Assembly (NCBI GenBank): GCA_965240325.2
Contig: OZ251228.1
Coordinates: 1,736,001-1,800,000, forward strand
Direction: 5' to 3'
DNA length: 64,000 nucleotides
Source of the DNA: Rebecca billardiae RCC1528
Taxonomy: Eukaryota > Protista > Haptophyta
Below are positions 21,847-34,483 of this stretch, in pieces; within the stretch, counting starts at the first letter, position 1; each line of letters opens with the position of its first letter. The notes beneath the pieces were generated by a model. The model was not told where the DNA came from, ran no database searches, and was given only the letters and a program-made list of their open reading frames with translations. The position numbers and the translations under genes were made by a program.

Positions 21847-22398
21847 ATGAGCGGCACGGACGAGCGCGTCACATTGGAGCTGGACGACGGCGGCGTGGTC
21901 GTCACATTCGTCCACGTCCTGCGCAACCGTGAGCCGCACAGCGCGCTCGCTGCGAGCGCGCAGGCGAGCGACAGCGAGCAGAGCGAACGGCGATTGCGAG
22001 TGAGCGGCATCTCCAGCCGGTGCGCGCACGCGGGCGCCCCCTCGGCGGCTCGCGCGCTGCGCCGTGCGTCGGCCCGCGCGCGCGGACGCGATCTGACTTG
22101 CGTTGCGCCCACTCTCGCTCCTTTCGCTCGCAGGGGGATGATGCTCGTGATGAACTACCTGCGCGGCTCGTCGGCGGATGCGATCGTTCGCAAGTCGGTG
22201 CGCACCATGGACAGTGGCGACGTGCACGAGCTGCAACAGTTCGCGCTGTCCAACGGGCTCCGCGGGCTGGCGCAGCTGATCGAGGCGGCACAGCTCCATG
22301 CGCCCTCGCTCCGGCCGCAAGGCTACAGGACGCACGGCCGACGGGCATGGCCGGCGCACCACGCGCGCGGCCAGGAGGCCGTGCACGTTGGCAGCTAG
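21847..22398 (+). CDS. KCTD/T1-type BTB/POZ domain protein, possibly truncated or decaying
   Basis: RVTLELDDGGVVVTFVHVLRNREPHSALA...MMLVMNYLRG...ELQQFALSNGLRGLAQLIE. Predicted intron 22020-22133. C-terminus and downstream sequence look degenerate. Confidence 0.6.
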   Translation: MSGTDERVTLELDDGGVVVTFVHVLRNREPHSALAASAQASDSEQSERRLRVSGISSRCAHAGAPSAARALRRASARARGRDLTCVAPTLAPFARRGMMLVMNYLRGSSADAIVRKSVRTMDSGDVHELQQFALSNGLRGLAQLIEAAQLHAPSLRPQGYRTHGRRAWPAHHARGQEAVHVGS

Positions 22399-23362
22399 GA
22401 GCCACCGCGCGGATGCGAACCTGACCCCTCGGCGCACCACCGGAGACGCCCGACCGGCAACCCCGCACGCCATCATCAGGCTCTGCATCCGGCACTGGCC
22501 ATGCCGCGAGCTTCGTCGGCCGCGCGCACGGCGCCGGCTCTCCGCGCGGCGTCACCGCACGTTGGAGACCGTTCGCGGTGGCGGCGTTCCGCGCGGACTC
22601 ACCCGGCGCGGCGCCGCCGCGGACCTTCAGTCCTTCACCCTGCACTTCGAAGGTGCACGTTCGACCCCCCGGCCGGGACCGCCTCGGCTCTAGGCAGTCG
22701 TCGCAGCATCCGCTGCGCGCTGCACCATTGTACAGACTATCTTCTACTCCGCTTCCGTGACTAACATTCGAGACTATTGCTAGTGGCCTCGGCGCTAATT
22801 GCCCGCTGCGTGTGACGCGACGACGGCGGCGGCGGTGACGACGACGAGGCCAAAGCGTTGGGAGTGGAATCATTTTGGAACGCATCAGGATGGAATTATG
22901 ATTGCATCGCATCGGTTGATTTTGAAGGTGGGCGTACAAGCCGATGCAAGTCTCGAGACCAGAATCGCAACCGCTCGAACACACACCCAATTGCAATTGC
23001 AAGCTGAAGCCAACGAAACACGTGGCGGGAACGGGATCTGATTGATGGTCGTCATATCGGCCGATGAACCATAAACACGTCCCGATAAAGTCTTCAAGTC
23101 TCGTTGATTGAGCTTAACCAATTCTGAGTACGTGTCCTGTGCATTATGGTTAATTATTGCGAAGCGACTTTACCCGCAAAAAGAACCGCGGCCGCGCGGA
23201 GTGTACTCGCGAGAGTTCTTTCATTGATGAGCTCTCTCCAGCGGAATCACAACTACGCCTCTATCCGTCGCTTTCGTGTGATCGTGTCCTAGTACGCGGT
23301 ATAAAAATATATGGCGGCGGCGCTGCTGATTAGACGGCGGCAGCCGAGGGGGGCGGCTCCGC

Positions 23363-26300
23363 TCAGCCCGCGTGCCCTCCACCCTCAGCGCCGTCGAGCT
23401 CGGCACCCGCTCCGATGCCGTCGCCGGGGTTCACGGGGACGGTGCCTTCGCCGCCGCCCGCGTGCGCTTCGGCGCTTGCCGTGTCACCGTCAGCGAGCGC
23501 GGCGGCGTGCTGATGCGCGGCCGAGCGCCTACGCATCAGCTCGCTGAGCTGCACCTGCTGCGCCTCGATCACCTCGCGCTGCTCCCCGAGCTGCGACTTC
23601 GCCGCGCGCAGCAGGCTCTTGAGCTTGGCCGCGGCCTCGCGCTCGCGCTGCGCCTCGGAGATGAGGTCTGCGAGGTTGCCGTCGTGCTCGAGCGCATACG
23701 AGGCCATCTCAGAGCGGTGCCGCTCGCGCTCGGCGGCGAGCTCGAGCTCCGCCTCGGCGGCCGCGCGGCGCTGCGCGTCCAGCTGCTCGCGCAGCTTGAC
23801 CGACTCCTTGCGCAGCTGGAGCTCCGCCTCGAGCGCCGCCTCGGACGCGCCGCCCTCGCCGCCGCCGCCCTCGCGCGTGTGTGCGCGCAGCTGCTCGCGC
23901 AGCGCCAGCTGCCCACGCGCGCAGACCGGTGCGTGCGGCGCGGCGTGAGTGCGGCACGCCGGGGTGCGCGGCGCGCGGGCGCACGCGGGGCCGCATGCCG
24001 CGTCGCGAGGCACATGCGGCGGGGGAAAACAAGGCAGAGCGCAAGAAGGGAAGAACGAACGAAACGCGTTGTTGCTGTCGCGGCGCAGCACACACACGGA
24101 ACACGGCCGGTCGGGTCGTCGGTCGTCGGTCGGCGCGCGGCGCGCGCACCTTCTCGCGCTCCTGCTCCTCGATCATCTCGCGCTGCTCCGCCAGCTGGGC
24201 CTTGGCCGCGGCCAGCAGCCCGCGCAGCTTCTCCACGCGGCCGCGCAGCCGCGAGGCCGTGCGCGCCGCCGAGTGCGGCGTGCCGCCGTCCGAGTCCGCG
24301 CGCTCGGCGGCGGGCGCGCCCGCGGCCGCGGCCGCGCCGGCCGGCGGCGCGGCGCCCGATCCCGCGCCGTCGGCGCCGGCGCCGTCCGCCGCGCGGCCTC
24401 TCCCACTGCCGCCACCGACGATGGTCGTGGGCGCGGGGAAGAAGGGCGCGGGCGGCGGCGCCACCGTCGAGACGCCGAGCGCCTCGAGCGCCCACGCCGC
24501 ATTGCCGCTCGAGCCCAGAGCCCCGAGGCCGAGCATGCTGCTGTAGCTATTCCGCTCCTGCGCGCGCGCGCGGATCGCGGCGGCGCGCGGCGGCGAGGGC
24601 GACGGGCGACGGGCGGGCGCAAGGCGCGGCGCGCACGGCTGGGGCTCAGCGCCGCTGTGCCGTCGCTCGCGTCGATCCGTGCCAGCTCACACGCAGGCAC
24701 CCTCCGCTCGACAGGGCGCGTCGCTGCGGCCCGGCGCGAGCCGCGGGCGCGACACAGCCGGCTAGGCGAGGGGTCTTGCACAAACCAAAGCGCGGGCGCG
24801 CGGCGCGGAGCCGCGCGCGGCGCACCTCGAGCACTGCGCGGATCGCGGCGGTCTCCTCGGGCGAGAAGCGCATGAAGTCCGCGACCACCGGCAGCAGCTG
24901 CGCCTGCGCCTCCGGCTCCATCACGAACAGCTTGAGGATCAGGTTCTTCATGTAGTCGTGGTTGGCCGATTGCGACGCCGAGCGCTCGAGCTGGCGCTCC
25001 AACTCGTCGACGCGCCGGCGCAGCTCGGCCGCTTGCGCGCGCGACGCGCGGTCGCGGTTGGCGAACTCGCGCGCCTTGTCTCGGAGCTGCAGCGCGTACG
25101 TGCGCGCGCGCACGAGCTCCGCCTCGCGCATCGACTGCTGCTCCGCCGCGCGCAGCAGCCGCGACTCCTGGCTGAGCTCAGCGGCGCCATCCTCGTCCGC
25201 GCCGTCCGCGCCGCCGTCCGCGCCGCCGCCGCCGCCGCCGCGCTCGAGCGCGGCGCCGCCCGCCGAGCGCGCGCTCGCGGACGAGCGCGGCGCGCTGCCG
25301 CCGCCGCCGAGCGCGCCCGGCGCGGCGCTCGACCGGCGCGGCGTGCCGTCCGCCGCGCCGAAGGGCGGCGGCGGCACGTCGCCGTCCGCGCCGTCCGCGC
25401 CGCCGCCCGCGGCTTGGCTCGCGCGCGCGAGCTTCTGTTGGAGGGAGCGCAGCTCGCGCTGGAGGCGCGTGACCTCGCCGTCGCGCTCGACGATCATCTT
25501 GAGCGCGCGCTTCCGCCGCGTCTCCGCCGACGTCTTCTCCTCCACCAGCTGCCGCCGCGCCGCCTCCGCCGCGGCGGTGAGCTCCGCGCGGAGCTGCGCG
25601 AGCGAGCGCGCGACGGTTGCGGCCGTGCCCGCTTCCGTCTCCCGCAGCGCGGCGATGAGCGTACTCACCTCGGCCTCGCGCGTGCGCAGCGCGACGCGCG
25701 AGGCGGAGAGGATCGCGTCGCGCTCGGCGCGGGCCTCGGCCAGCTCGGCGTGCGCGGCGGCGAGCCGCTTCGACGCGCCGCCCACGCCGCCGCCGAGGCC
25801 CGCGGCCGCGTCGTCCGCGTCGCGCGCGTCCGCGAGCGCCTTCTGCAGGAGTGCGACGCGCGTCGTGTGCTCCATGGCGTGCCGGTCCTGCGTCTCCTGC
25901 GCGTGGCCGAGGTGCGCGCGCAGCCGCTCGGACTCGGCGTGCGCGGCGCGCGCCGCCTCGTGCGCCGTGTCCAGCTCGCACTCCAGCGCGAGCAGCTCGC
26001 GCGGCAGCGTGGCGCACATCACCGCGACCAGGCCGTCGGTGCTGCGGCCGCGCCCGCTCGACTCGGTCAGCACCTCGGACACGGAGCCGAGCCGCGCGGT
26101 GAGCGCGGCGACGGTCTGCTGCGCGGCGGCGAGGCGCTCTCGCGACTTGGCGTGCGCCTCGGCCTCGCGCGCCAGCGCGGCCGACTCCGAGTCGAGCCGC
26201 GCCTGCATCGAGTGCGCGTTCGACGCCGCCGCCTGCTGCTCCTTGTCTGCCATCGTGGCAGCGATCTCCGCGAGCTGCTTGGCACGCTTCTGTGCGCGCG

Positions 26301-29300
26301 CCTTCATGCGCTCCGCTTCGAGCTTCTCCTGGCCCGCGTCGGAGACCATCTTGGCGGCCTTCTGCAGCGCGGCGTCGAGCGCGCGCCGGTCCGCCTCGTA
26401 CATCGCGAGCTTCGAGGCGAGCTCGGGAGCGTCGGGCGGCAAGGAGCCCAAGGCGGCGGCGGGGTCGGCGGCGGCGGCGGCGGCAGTCGCCGAGCCAGCC
26501 GCGGTCGCGGGCAGCGCGGCCGCGCGCTGCAGCTCGGCGAGGCGGGAGCGCTGCTCGCCCAGCTGCGCGCGCAGCGCGTCCACCTCCTCGCTGCCGCCCT
26601 CCGCGCGAGCGTCGCGCGCGTCGCGCGCGGCGGTGAGCTCCACAATCCGCGAGCGCTGCTCAGCGAGCTGTGCGCGCAGGGCCGCGAGCTCGAGCGCGTG
26701 CTCAGACGGCAGGCTGGGCGGCGCGCCGCCGCGCTCGGCGGGCTGGCCGGCGCCGCCCTCGGCCGGCTCCTCGCCCGCCGCCCGCCCCGCCGCGACGCCC
26801 GCCGACGCGAGCACGAGCTCGAGCTCCAAAGCCAACTGCCGCAGGATCGACGCATGCACCTTCCGGCACGAAAGCTCATGGCGCGCCTCCGCGAGCTCCG
26901 CCTCGGCCTCGGCGGCCGGCAGCGCGCCGCCGCCGGCGGCGGTGGGTGCGCCGCCGGCGGCGGCGGCGGTGCTCGCGACGCCGGAGGTCTGCAGCTCGAG
27001 CCGCTGCGCCGCGAGGTCGTCCTCCTGCTTCTTCAGCATCGCGGCGATCTGCTGCAGCTCGGCGGTGCGCTTCTTGCCCGCGCGCTTGGCGGCGCCGACC
27101 GCGTCACGCTCCGCGTCGAGCGCCGCACGCTCCTGAGCCATCTTCTCCGCCTCGTCGAGGAGCTTGACGCGCTCGGCCTCGAGCGCGGCGCGGTCCGCCT
27201 CGAGGTCGGCCAGCTGCACCGACGTCGCCGCCGCCTGCAGCCCCTGCTGCAGCCCGCCCAGCCCCTTGCCGAACCACTCGCCCGCCTTGCCCAACCCGGC
27301 CTTGACCGCCGAGCCCGGTGTCACGACACCCGCGCCGCCGCCGCCGCCGCCGCCGGGTGTCGAGGGCTGCGAGGCGGCGTCGCCCGGCGTGCTCGGCGGC
27401 GCGGGCCCCGCGCGGTCCGCCGCCGGCGCGGCCGCGCCATCGCCGTCGGCGGGCACGCGCACGCCGAGCGACGAGCCGCGCTCCGCGTGCGCGCGAGCGT
27501 CGGCCAGCTCGGCGCGCAGCCTCGCCACCTCGTCGCGCGCTTGCGCGAGCGCGCCGTCCGCGGGGCCGTCCGCGGCGCCCTCGGCGCGCGCGGCGGCGAG
27601 CTCGGCCTCGAGCTCGTGGATCCGGACCTGCAGCGCGCGCGCCTTGTCCTGCAGCGCCTTCAGAGCCGCGCGGCCGCGCGACTTGAGCGAGGCCACCTGC
27701 TCCCGCAGTGTAACAATCGTCGCGGCGTCGTCGCCGCCGCCGGCCGCGCCGCCGCCGCCGCCGCCGTCCGCGCCGGCACCGCCGAGCGCGTCGGACGAGT
27801 TGCCGGCGGAGAGCGGCGGCGGCGTGGGCTCGGAGCCGCCGCCGCCGCCGCCGCCCTCCGAGCCGTCCGCCGACTCGGCGACGCCGCCGCGCTCGCGCTC
27901 GGCGGCGGCGGCGGCGGCGGCGCGCTGCAACAGCCCGTCACGCTCCGACGCCAGCGCAGCCACTCGGCCTTCGAGCTGGGCGGCGCGCGCCTCCGCCGCC
28001 TCGAGCGCGGCGCGCGCGGCGGCGGGGTCGGCGTGCTGCCCCTCCGGCGGCGGCGGCGGCGGCGGCGCGGCGCCCTCCTCCGCCGCCGCCGCCGCGGCGC
28101 GCAGCTGCGCCCGCGCCACCTCCAGTTCAGACTCCAGCGCTGCCACCCGGCTCGTGCCCCATTCCGCCTCCGCCGCCGTGCGCGCCTCGGCGAGCTCGGC
28201 GGCGGCATCGCTCAGCCTGGCCTCGAGGGCGGCGACGGCGTGCTCGTGCTCGGAGAGCGCGCCGCGGTGCGCGGCGTGCAGCTCGTCCAGCTGCTGCCGC
28301 GCCTCCCGCAGCTCGCGCGTGAGACGCTCGGCCGTCGCCGCCGCCTCGGCCGCGTGCGCGCGCGCCGACGCCTCCGCCGCGTCCGCGCGAGCGCTCGCGT
28401 CGGCGAGCTGCTGCTGGAGCAGCCCGCTCGCGTCCGCGCCGGCGCTCGCCGCGCTCAGCGCCTCCTGCAGCTGCTCGAGCTGCGAGGCGAGGCCCGACGC
28501 GCGCGCGTCCGCGTCCGCGCACGCGCGCCGCGCCGCGTGCGCGTCCGCTGCCGAGCGCTCCGCGTCCGTGGCCGCGCCGGCCTGCGCGGCGCGCGCGCGC
28601 TCGAGCTCGGCGCGCGCGGCGGCGGCGGCCTCCTCCGCCTCGGCCGCGCGGCGCGTCGCCGCCTCCGCCTCGCGCGCCGCGCCCGACGCCGCCTCGCGCG
28701 CCGCCTCCACCGCGCCCTCCAGCTCGTGCGCGCGCGATCTCGCGGCAGCCAGATCGGATCTCGCGGCGCCCAGATCGTCCGCGCCGCCCTCCGCCGCGGC
28801 CGCGCTCCGCTCGGCCTCGGCGCGCGCCTCGGCGAGTGCGGCGCGCTCGGCGGCGAGCTCGCGCTCGAGCGCCTCGGCAGCGGCGCCCCGCGCCTCCGCG
28901 GCCGCGCGCGCCTCCTCCAGCTGCGCCTGCAGCGCGGCGCTCACGTCGGCTGAGGCGCTCTGAGCGCCGTCGGCCGCGCGCCGCGCCGCCTCGAGCGCCG
29001 TCTCGGCCTCGGCGGCGCGCGCCTGCGCGTCGGCGCACTCGGCGCGCGCGGCGTGCGCGTCGGCGGCGGCGCGCTGCGCCGACTCGACCGCCTCCGCCTC
29101 CGCGCCGCGCACGCGCTCGATCTCCGCCCGCGCCGCGCCCGCCGCCTCCTCCGCCTCCGCCGCGTGCGCGCGCGCCGCCTCGGCCGCCCGCTCCGCGTCT
29201 GCGGCCGCGTCGCGCGCGCTCGCAAGCTCGTCCTCGAGCGCGGCGCCGCGCTCGCGCGCGGCGTCGAGCTCGTGCGTCGCGCGCGCGAGCGCCTGCGCCC

Positions 29301-31116
29301 CGCGCTCCGCCTCGCCCTTCGCCTCCGCCAGCGCGCGCCGCTCGGACGCCAGCTCGCGTGCGGCGCTCTCCGCCGCGGCCGCGCCTTCCGATGCGTGCGC
29401 GCGCGCCGACGCCTCCGCCGCGTCCGCGCGCTCGGTCGCCTCGGCGAGCTGCTGCTGGAGCAGCCCGCTCGCGTCCGCGCCGGCGCTCGCCGCCTTGAGC
29501 GCCTCCTGCTGCTGCTCGAGCTGCGAGGCGAGGCCCGACGCGCGCGCGTCGGCGTCCGCGCACTCGCGCCGCGCCGCGTGCGCGTCCGCTGCCGAGCGCT
29601 CCGCGTCCGCGGCCGCGCCGGCCTGCGCGGCGCGCGCGCGCTCGAGCTCGGCGCGCGCGGCGGCGGCGGCCTCCTCCGCCTCGGCCGCGCGGCGCGTCGC
29701 CGCCTCAGCCTCGCGCGCCACCTTCGCCCCCGCCTTCTGCGCCGCGCCCAGCTCGGACGCCAGCTGTTCAGACTGTTGGCGGGACGCGCGCAGTTGCTCC
29801 AGCCCCTTCTTGAGTGCAGACGCTGCGTGCGAGCCCGCGGCCGCGTCGGACTGCGCGGCGGCGAGGGCCTGCTGCGCGCTCGCCGCGTCCGCCGCGGCGC
29901 GCTCGCGCGCGGCGCGCTCGCTCGCCAGCTGCGCCTCGAGCGCCGCGCACCGCTCGCGCGCCGACTCGTGTTCAGCGCGCGCGCTCGCGGCCGCGGCCTC
30001 GAGAGCGCGCGCGCGCTCAGCGAGCCCATCCGCGTGCGCGCCCGCGTCGGCGCGCGCGCTCTCGGCGCCGGTGTGCGCGGCGTGCACGGCGGCCTCGAGC
30101 TCGGCGATCCGCGCGCGCGCGCGCACCACCTCCGCCTCGAGCTCGGCGCCGGCTTCGGCCGAGCCGCCCCCGGCTGACGCCGACGCCGACGACGGCATCG
30201 GCGCCGCGCCTGGCTCGGATCCCATGGCCGCGGCGGCGGCGGCGGACGCGCCGGGCTCGCGGCGCGCGGCGAGCTCGCTCTCCTGCTGCGAGACCATGTC
30301 GGCGATCTGCTGCAGCTCCTTCGCGCGCTTCTTGTTCGCGCGCCGCTCCTTCGCCGCCTCCTCGCGCTCCGCGCCGAGCGCGGCGCGCGCCGCGGCCAGC
30401 TCTCGTTCCGCCTCCAGCAGCAACCGCACGCGCGCGTCCACCGCGTCCGCCTCGGCCGAGGCGGACGCGGCGGGGCGCTTGGAGCCGGTGGCGGGCGTGC
30501 TCGCGCCGGCGCCGGGCTCGACGCCGCCCATCGGGCTGTCCAGCGAGATCAGCTCGCCCTCGCCGCTCGCCGCACCCGTGCCGATCGCCGCGCCGCCACC
30601 GCCGCCGGCCGGCGCGGGCGACAACAGGTCATCCCACTGCCCGCCGCCCGGGCTGCCTGCGCCGGGCGCGGTGCTCGCGCCGCCGGCATCGGCCGCGCCG
30701 AGCGGCGTGGTCGGGATGGCCTCGAGCGCGCGCACGAGCGCCGCCGCGTCCGCCGCCTCGGCGCCGCCGCCCGGCACGTGCCGGGCAACGTGCGCGCGCA
30801 CGCCCGTGTGAAGCGCGAGGTACTCTGTGCGCAGCGCGCGGTACTTGCGGCGGGAGTCGCGCGCGGCCTCGAGGAGCTCGTCGTAGTCCATCTCGTCGAG
30901 CCGCTTCGCCCCCTCCGCGTCGTCGCCGCCCGCGCCGACGCTCGCGAGCGTCGCGATGTCCTTGCCGATCGATTCGCGCACCTTGCCAAATGCGCCCGTC
31001 ACGACGCTGCCGGTCGCGCCGACCTTCTCGAGGCCAGCGGAGACGTCGACGCGCGTGGCCTGCTCGGCGAGCGCGGCCTTGGCCGCGTCCGCCTTTTCCT
31101 TCAGCGCCGAGAACAT
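23363..31116 (-). CDS. Large Ala/Glu-rich coiled-coil golgin with a GRIP domain (~2414 aa)
   Basis: GRIP signature NHDYMKNLILKLF...QLLPVVADFMRFSPEE. Predicted exons 31116-24826, 24557-24150 and 23908-23363 (GT-AG introns 24558-24825 and 23909-24149). Confidence 0.85.
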
Positions 31117-31462
31117 CGCGCCGCGCGGCACTGCGCCTTCGTGCCCGCGCCGCGCCTCTCTTCAGCCGCCACGGGCCAAGGGCGCCGAGTTGACGGTCAA
31201 CCCGAAGCTCCCCACCCAAAGGGCGGGCGCATTGATGATGGCGGAAAGCTGTTCTCACGGCCCTGCTTGCGCCACTGCCCCAGCTCTGCAGCTCGTCCGG
31301 ACGCACGGCGGCCGCGGCGGGCGGCCCGGGTGGCGACTCGCTCGCCGTGGCTCAATCGACGAGCTGCCAAGGAAGTCGCGGCAGTTTGTCCCGCCGAATC
31401 TTATAGCCGGGAGGGGTGGACGGGCGCGGCCCTGCTCCAGGCGCTTTCGCGCGGCGCGTCCC

Positions 31463-32602
31463 ATGACGCCGCTCGACGATCTGAGGTGTTCAAACCCCCT
31501 TGATCTCAGCAGTGATACGCTCCTCCTGGTGCTCAAGCTCCTCGAACCACCCGAGCTCCGCCGTGTGCAGTCCACCTGCCGCGCGTTCCGCCTCGACCCC
31601 GCCATCGAGCAGCTCTGGCGTGACGCCGTGACATCCCGATGGCCTTCGTCAGCCCGTCTGCCGCCCGCGGTGGTCGAGGCCGTGGGTGGCTGGGGGCGGC
31701 TGTTCGCGCAGCGCGTGGTAGCTCATCGCGTGTCTGCACCGACCGCGCGCGCTGCTGCTCAGGCGCCGACCCCCGGCGACGGCTCGCTGTGGGCACTTGT
31801 CGACATCTCGGTCGCAGGAGCTGTCGTGGCAAGCTGCGTCTTCGAGCACGCCTACGGCGCGACGAGCATCAGCGACCCCGCCGAGCTGCCGGTGTCCGTG
31901 CCTACGGCTACGAACAGCTCGCTGGCCGTGACGATGATGGCCGACTTCTTCGCGCACGAGCCCCTCGCCGACGTCGAGCTCCATGAGAGTTACTTTGCTT
32001 GGGCAACGCTGCACGCGCTGCCTGTGCGCGTCACGTGCGACGTGCTCCTCGAGCGCAGCGGGCGCGTGGCGAGGATCTTGGAGGTGGACGCGGGGTCGGA
32101 GACCACGCTGGACGCGCCCCCAATGCAGGGCGCGTCCTCGCTCGTGCGCGTCTCCCTGGCACACTGCCCACCCGCCCGGGACGCCGACCTGTCCTGCTCC
32201 TGCTCCCATCACGTGCTCTCGGCCATGAGCGCCTTCTGCCCCTCCGCACACGCGCACGCGCGCGCACCGCAGGAGGGGGCAGCGTTGCAGCTTTGGCCGG
32301 TTGTGCGCTGCTGGTGGGCGTTCCCACCCCGAGCTCCGGGTGCGCGGGGGGGCACGATACGGCCGTGCTTTGTGCAGCTTGGGTACGCATCAGACGACGA
32401 GAGCCATCAGCTCGGTCCGATTGGTCTCGAGGATGCGCTCGAGCGGGCGGACGGCGAAGAGCGTGACGGCAGCGAAGTCGCGGCTGCCGACGGGGAGATT
32501 GCGGGCGATGACGACACCAGCATCGCCCAGCGCGTGCGCACGATCGTGCACGCCTATTTCGCTCCTACGCCACCGTGCGATTCTGGTCATGCCGAATCTT
32601 GA
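31463..32602 (+). CDS. F-box protein
   Basis: N-terminal LDLSSDTLLLVLKLLEPPELRRVQSTCRAFR...EQLWR; ATG at 31463. Confidence 0.8.
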   Translation: MTPLDDLRCSNPLDLSSDTLLLVLKLLEPPELRRVQSTCRAFRLDPAIEQLWRDAVTSRWPSSARLPPAVVEAVGGWGRLFAQRVVAHRVSAPTARAAAQAPTPGDGSLWALVDISVAGAVVASCVFEHAYGATSISDPAELPVSVPTATNSSLAVTMMADFFAHEPLADVELHESYFAWATLHALPVRVTCDVLLERSGRVARILEVDAGSETTLDAPPMQGASSLVRVSLAHCPPARDADLSCSCSHHVLSAMSAFCPSAHAHARAPQEGAALQLWPVVRCWWAFPPRAPGARGGTIRPCFVQLGYASDDESHQLGPIGLEDALERADGEERDGSEVAAADGEIAGDDDTSIAQRVRTIVHAYFAPTPPCDSGHAES

Positions 32603-33164
32603 TGCAGCGCGCAGCAGCACGACTCGACGATAATACTCAGCAAATCTGGAGCGTCGCCGTCACCGGTCACCATCACGCGGCACGGCACGCCCGGGAACGG
32701 AAAGCCGGCCGTATAATGATGGCTGAGCTGCTACGGCCTACGCGCTCTAGAGTTGAGCGGTATGGTAGTGTGAGTACCGCGCCTGCTACTAATCACCGTG
32801 CGCTACTGCGGAGTACTTAGTGGCACGGATTCTCAGCTATGACATAGCAGTTATAAAATCCCTAGGCCTATAGCAGCCCGATGACGTTCCGATGAATATT
32901 AGCAGCTACTGTACTACTGCAGCACGTACGTAGCTAGGGTAACACTGTGTAGCGCAGGCTGTGCGTGCGGCAACACGGCCCACGGGCAACTCATTATTCA
33001 GTCATTGGCTGATCGGGGCCGCCGTGCGGCCCGCGCCCGCGGGCCGCGCCGCCAGTCAAGCTGCCGGGCACACTGTCGGTGCGGGCCAACATGATGACGG
33101 TACTGACCGGTACTGTATGGGCTTGGAAGCGGGCGAGCGGAGCACCCGGGCGCCGTGCTTGCCA

Positions 33165-34430
33165 TCAGCTGTCGTCCGCGCGCACGAGCAGGGCGAGCAG
33201 CATCCTCGCCCACTCGTCGACAGGGCCGGGCAGGCACGAGTGGACGCAGTCGCCCGGCACGAACGGCACGTCTGGCCGGTGGCTGCTCAGCCTGAAGACG
33301 TTGATGAAGCTGGCGCCGTACTCCAGCGCGAGGCACGCGGCCACGGCGTTGGTGGCGGCCATGTCGCCCCAGTGGTATTTCCGCGGCCCCTGGTCCAGCG
33401 TGTGCTCGAGCGGCACCGCCGAGATCGGCCGCTTGATGCTGCAGTCGGGCACGGGCGCGTGCGTCGACCGCAAGATGAGCTCCGGTCGGCCGCCGTTGGC
33501 CGCGCGCAAGGTGGCGAGCATGCGCATCGTGGCGTCGAGCTCCGCGGCGAAGCGGTCGAGCGGTGTGAAGTGCAGCCCGCGGTTGAGCACCACCACGTCC
33601 GCCCACTGCACCGCCTCCACAGGAAACCGGCAGAACTTGTTGCGTACGCGCAGGCCGTGCCCGCGCATGGCGTTCCGCTGCCTCCACAGCTCCTGCTCCG
33701 ACGCGTTCAGCAGCAGGTGCTCGTTGCGGATGTTGCGCGCCTCGACGGCGCCGCCGCACAGCTGCACGGTGACGTCGAACGCGTCCGTCTCCGAGCGCAG
33801 CGGGATCTTCCAGCCGTGGTAGCACGGCGTGGGCCTCGACCACCACGAGCTGGTCACGCCGACGCTGTGCACGAACGAGGTGAAGTGCTGCCCCTGCGTG
33901 CTGTCGCCGACGAAGAGCAGCTTCTTGCCCGCGAAGCGCGCGCAGAATGCGCGCTTGAGCTCGGGGAAGAGCAGCGACGCCGACGGGCCGCCCAGACCGG
34001 CGCAGTCCTCCCCTGCCGGCTGCCACATGAAGCCGATGCGCGCCTTGGCGTTGGCTGCGTAAGCACTCTGGCCCGCCCTCGCGCGCTCGTCGCACTTGCT
34101 CCAGTACTTGGCGGCCCTTGGGTTCTGCCCGACGTACAGCGGGGACATCGACGTGTAGTGCTCGTCGCTCTCCGGCCGCGGGACCCAGCTGCCGTCGCCC
34201 CGGGCGAGACACCGCGCCCGGCGCGAGCGGTGCGCGCCCACGAGGTGCCAGTCTGTCGACGGGAGCGCGTGCGCCGTGCCGTGCTGCAGGCACCGAACGA
34301 TCGTCGCGTTCTGCACGTCCGTGGCGTCAGTGGCGCGCGCGCAGCGCGTGGTGAGAGCGAAAAGCGCGCTGAACACGACGATCAGCCGAGCCGAGCATGC
34401 CGCACGCGCTCTCGATCCAGGGCCAATCAT
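33165..34430 (-). CDS. TBL/PC-esterase (SGNH) polysaccharide O-acetyltransferase-like protein
   Basis: N-terminal membrane anchor; FCARFAGKKLLFVGDS; C-terminal DCVHSCLPGPVDEW. Confidence 0.88.
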   Translation of the reverse strand: MIGPGSRARAACSARLIVVFSALFALTTRCARATDATDVQNATIVRCLQHGTAHALPSTDWHLVGAHRSRRARCLARGDGSWVPRPESDEHYTSMSPLYVGQNPRAAKYWSKCDERARAGQSAYAANAKARIGFMWQPAGEDCAGLGGPSASLLFPELKRAFCARFAGKKLLFVGDSTQGQHFTSFVHSVGVTSSWWSRPTPCYHGWKIPLRSETDAFDVTVQLCGGAVEARNIRNEHLLLNASEQELWRQRNAMRGHGLRVRNKFCRFPVEAVQWADVVVLNRGLHFTPLDRFAAELDATMRMLATLRAANGGRPELILRSTHAPVPDCSIKRPISAVPLEHTLDQGPRKYHWGDMAATNAVAACLALEYGASFINVFRLSSHRPDVPFVPGDCVHSCLPGPVDEWARMLLALLVRADDS

Positions 34431-34483
34431 ATCAGCATGGTTGGAGCCATGCTGATGGTGAGGCATGCTTCCAGGCCAATCAT

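Noticed and set aside
22399-22700. Pentapeptide repeats after the BTB domain (KCTD9-like)
   Set aside because: Only one ADANL unit, out of frame; insufficient evidence.
24958-28953. 1331-aa plus-strand ORF and other long overlapping ORFs
   Set aside because: Antisense shadows of the golgin with no domain motifs.
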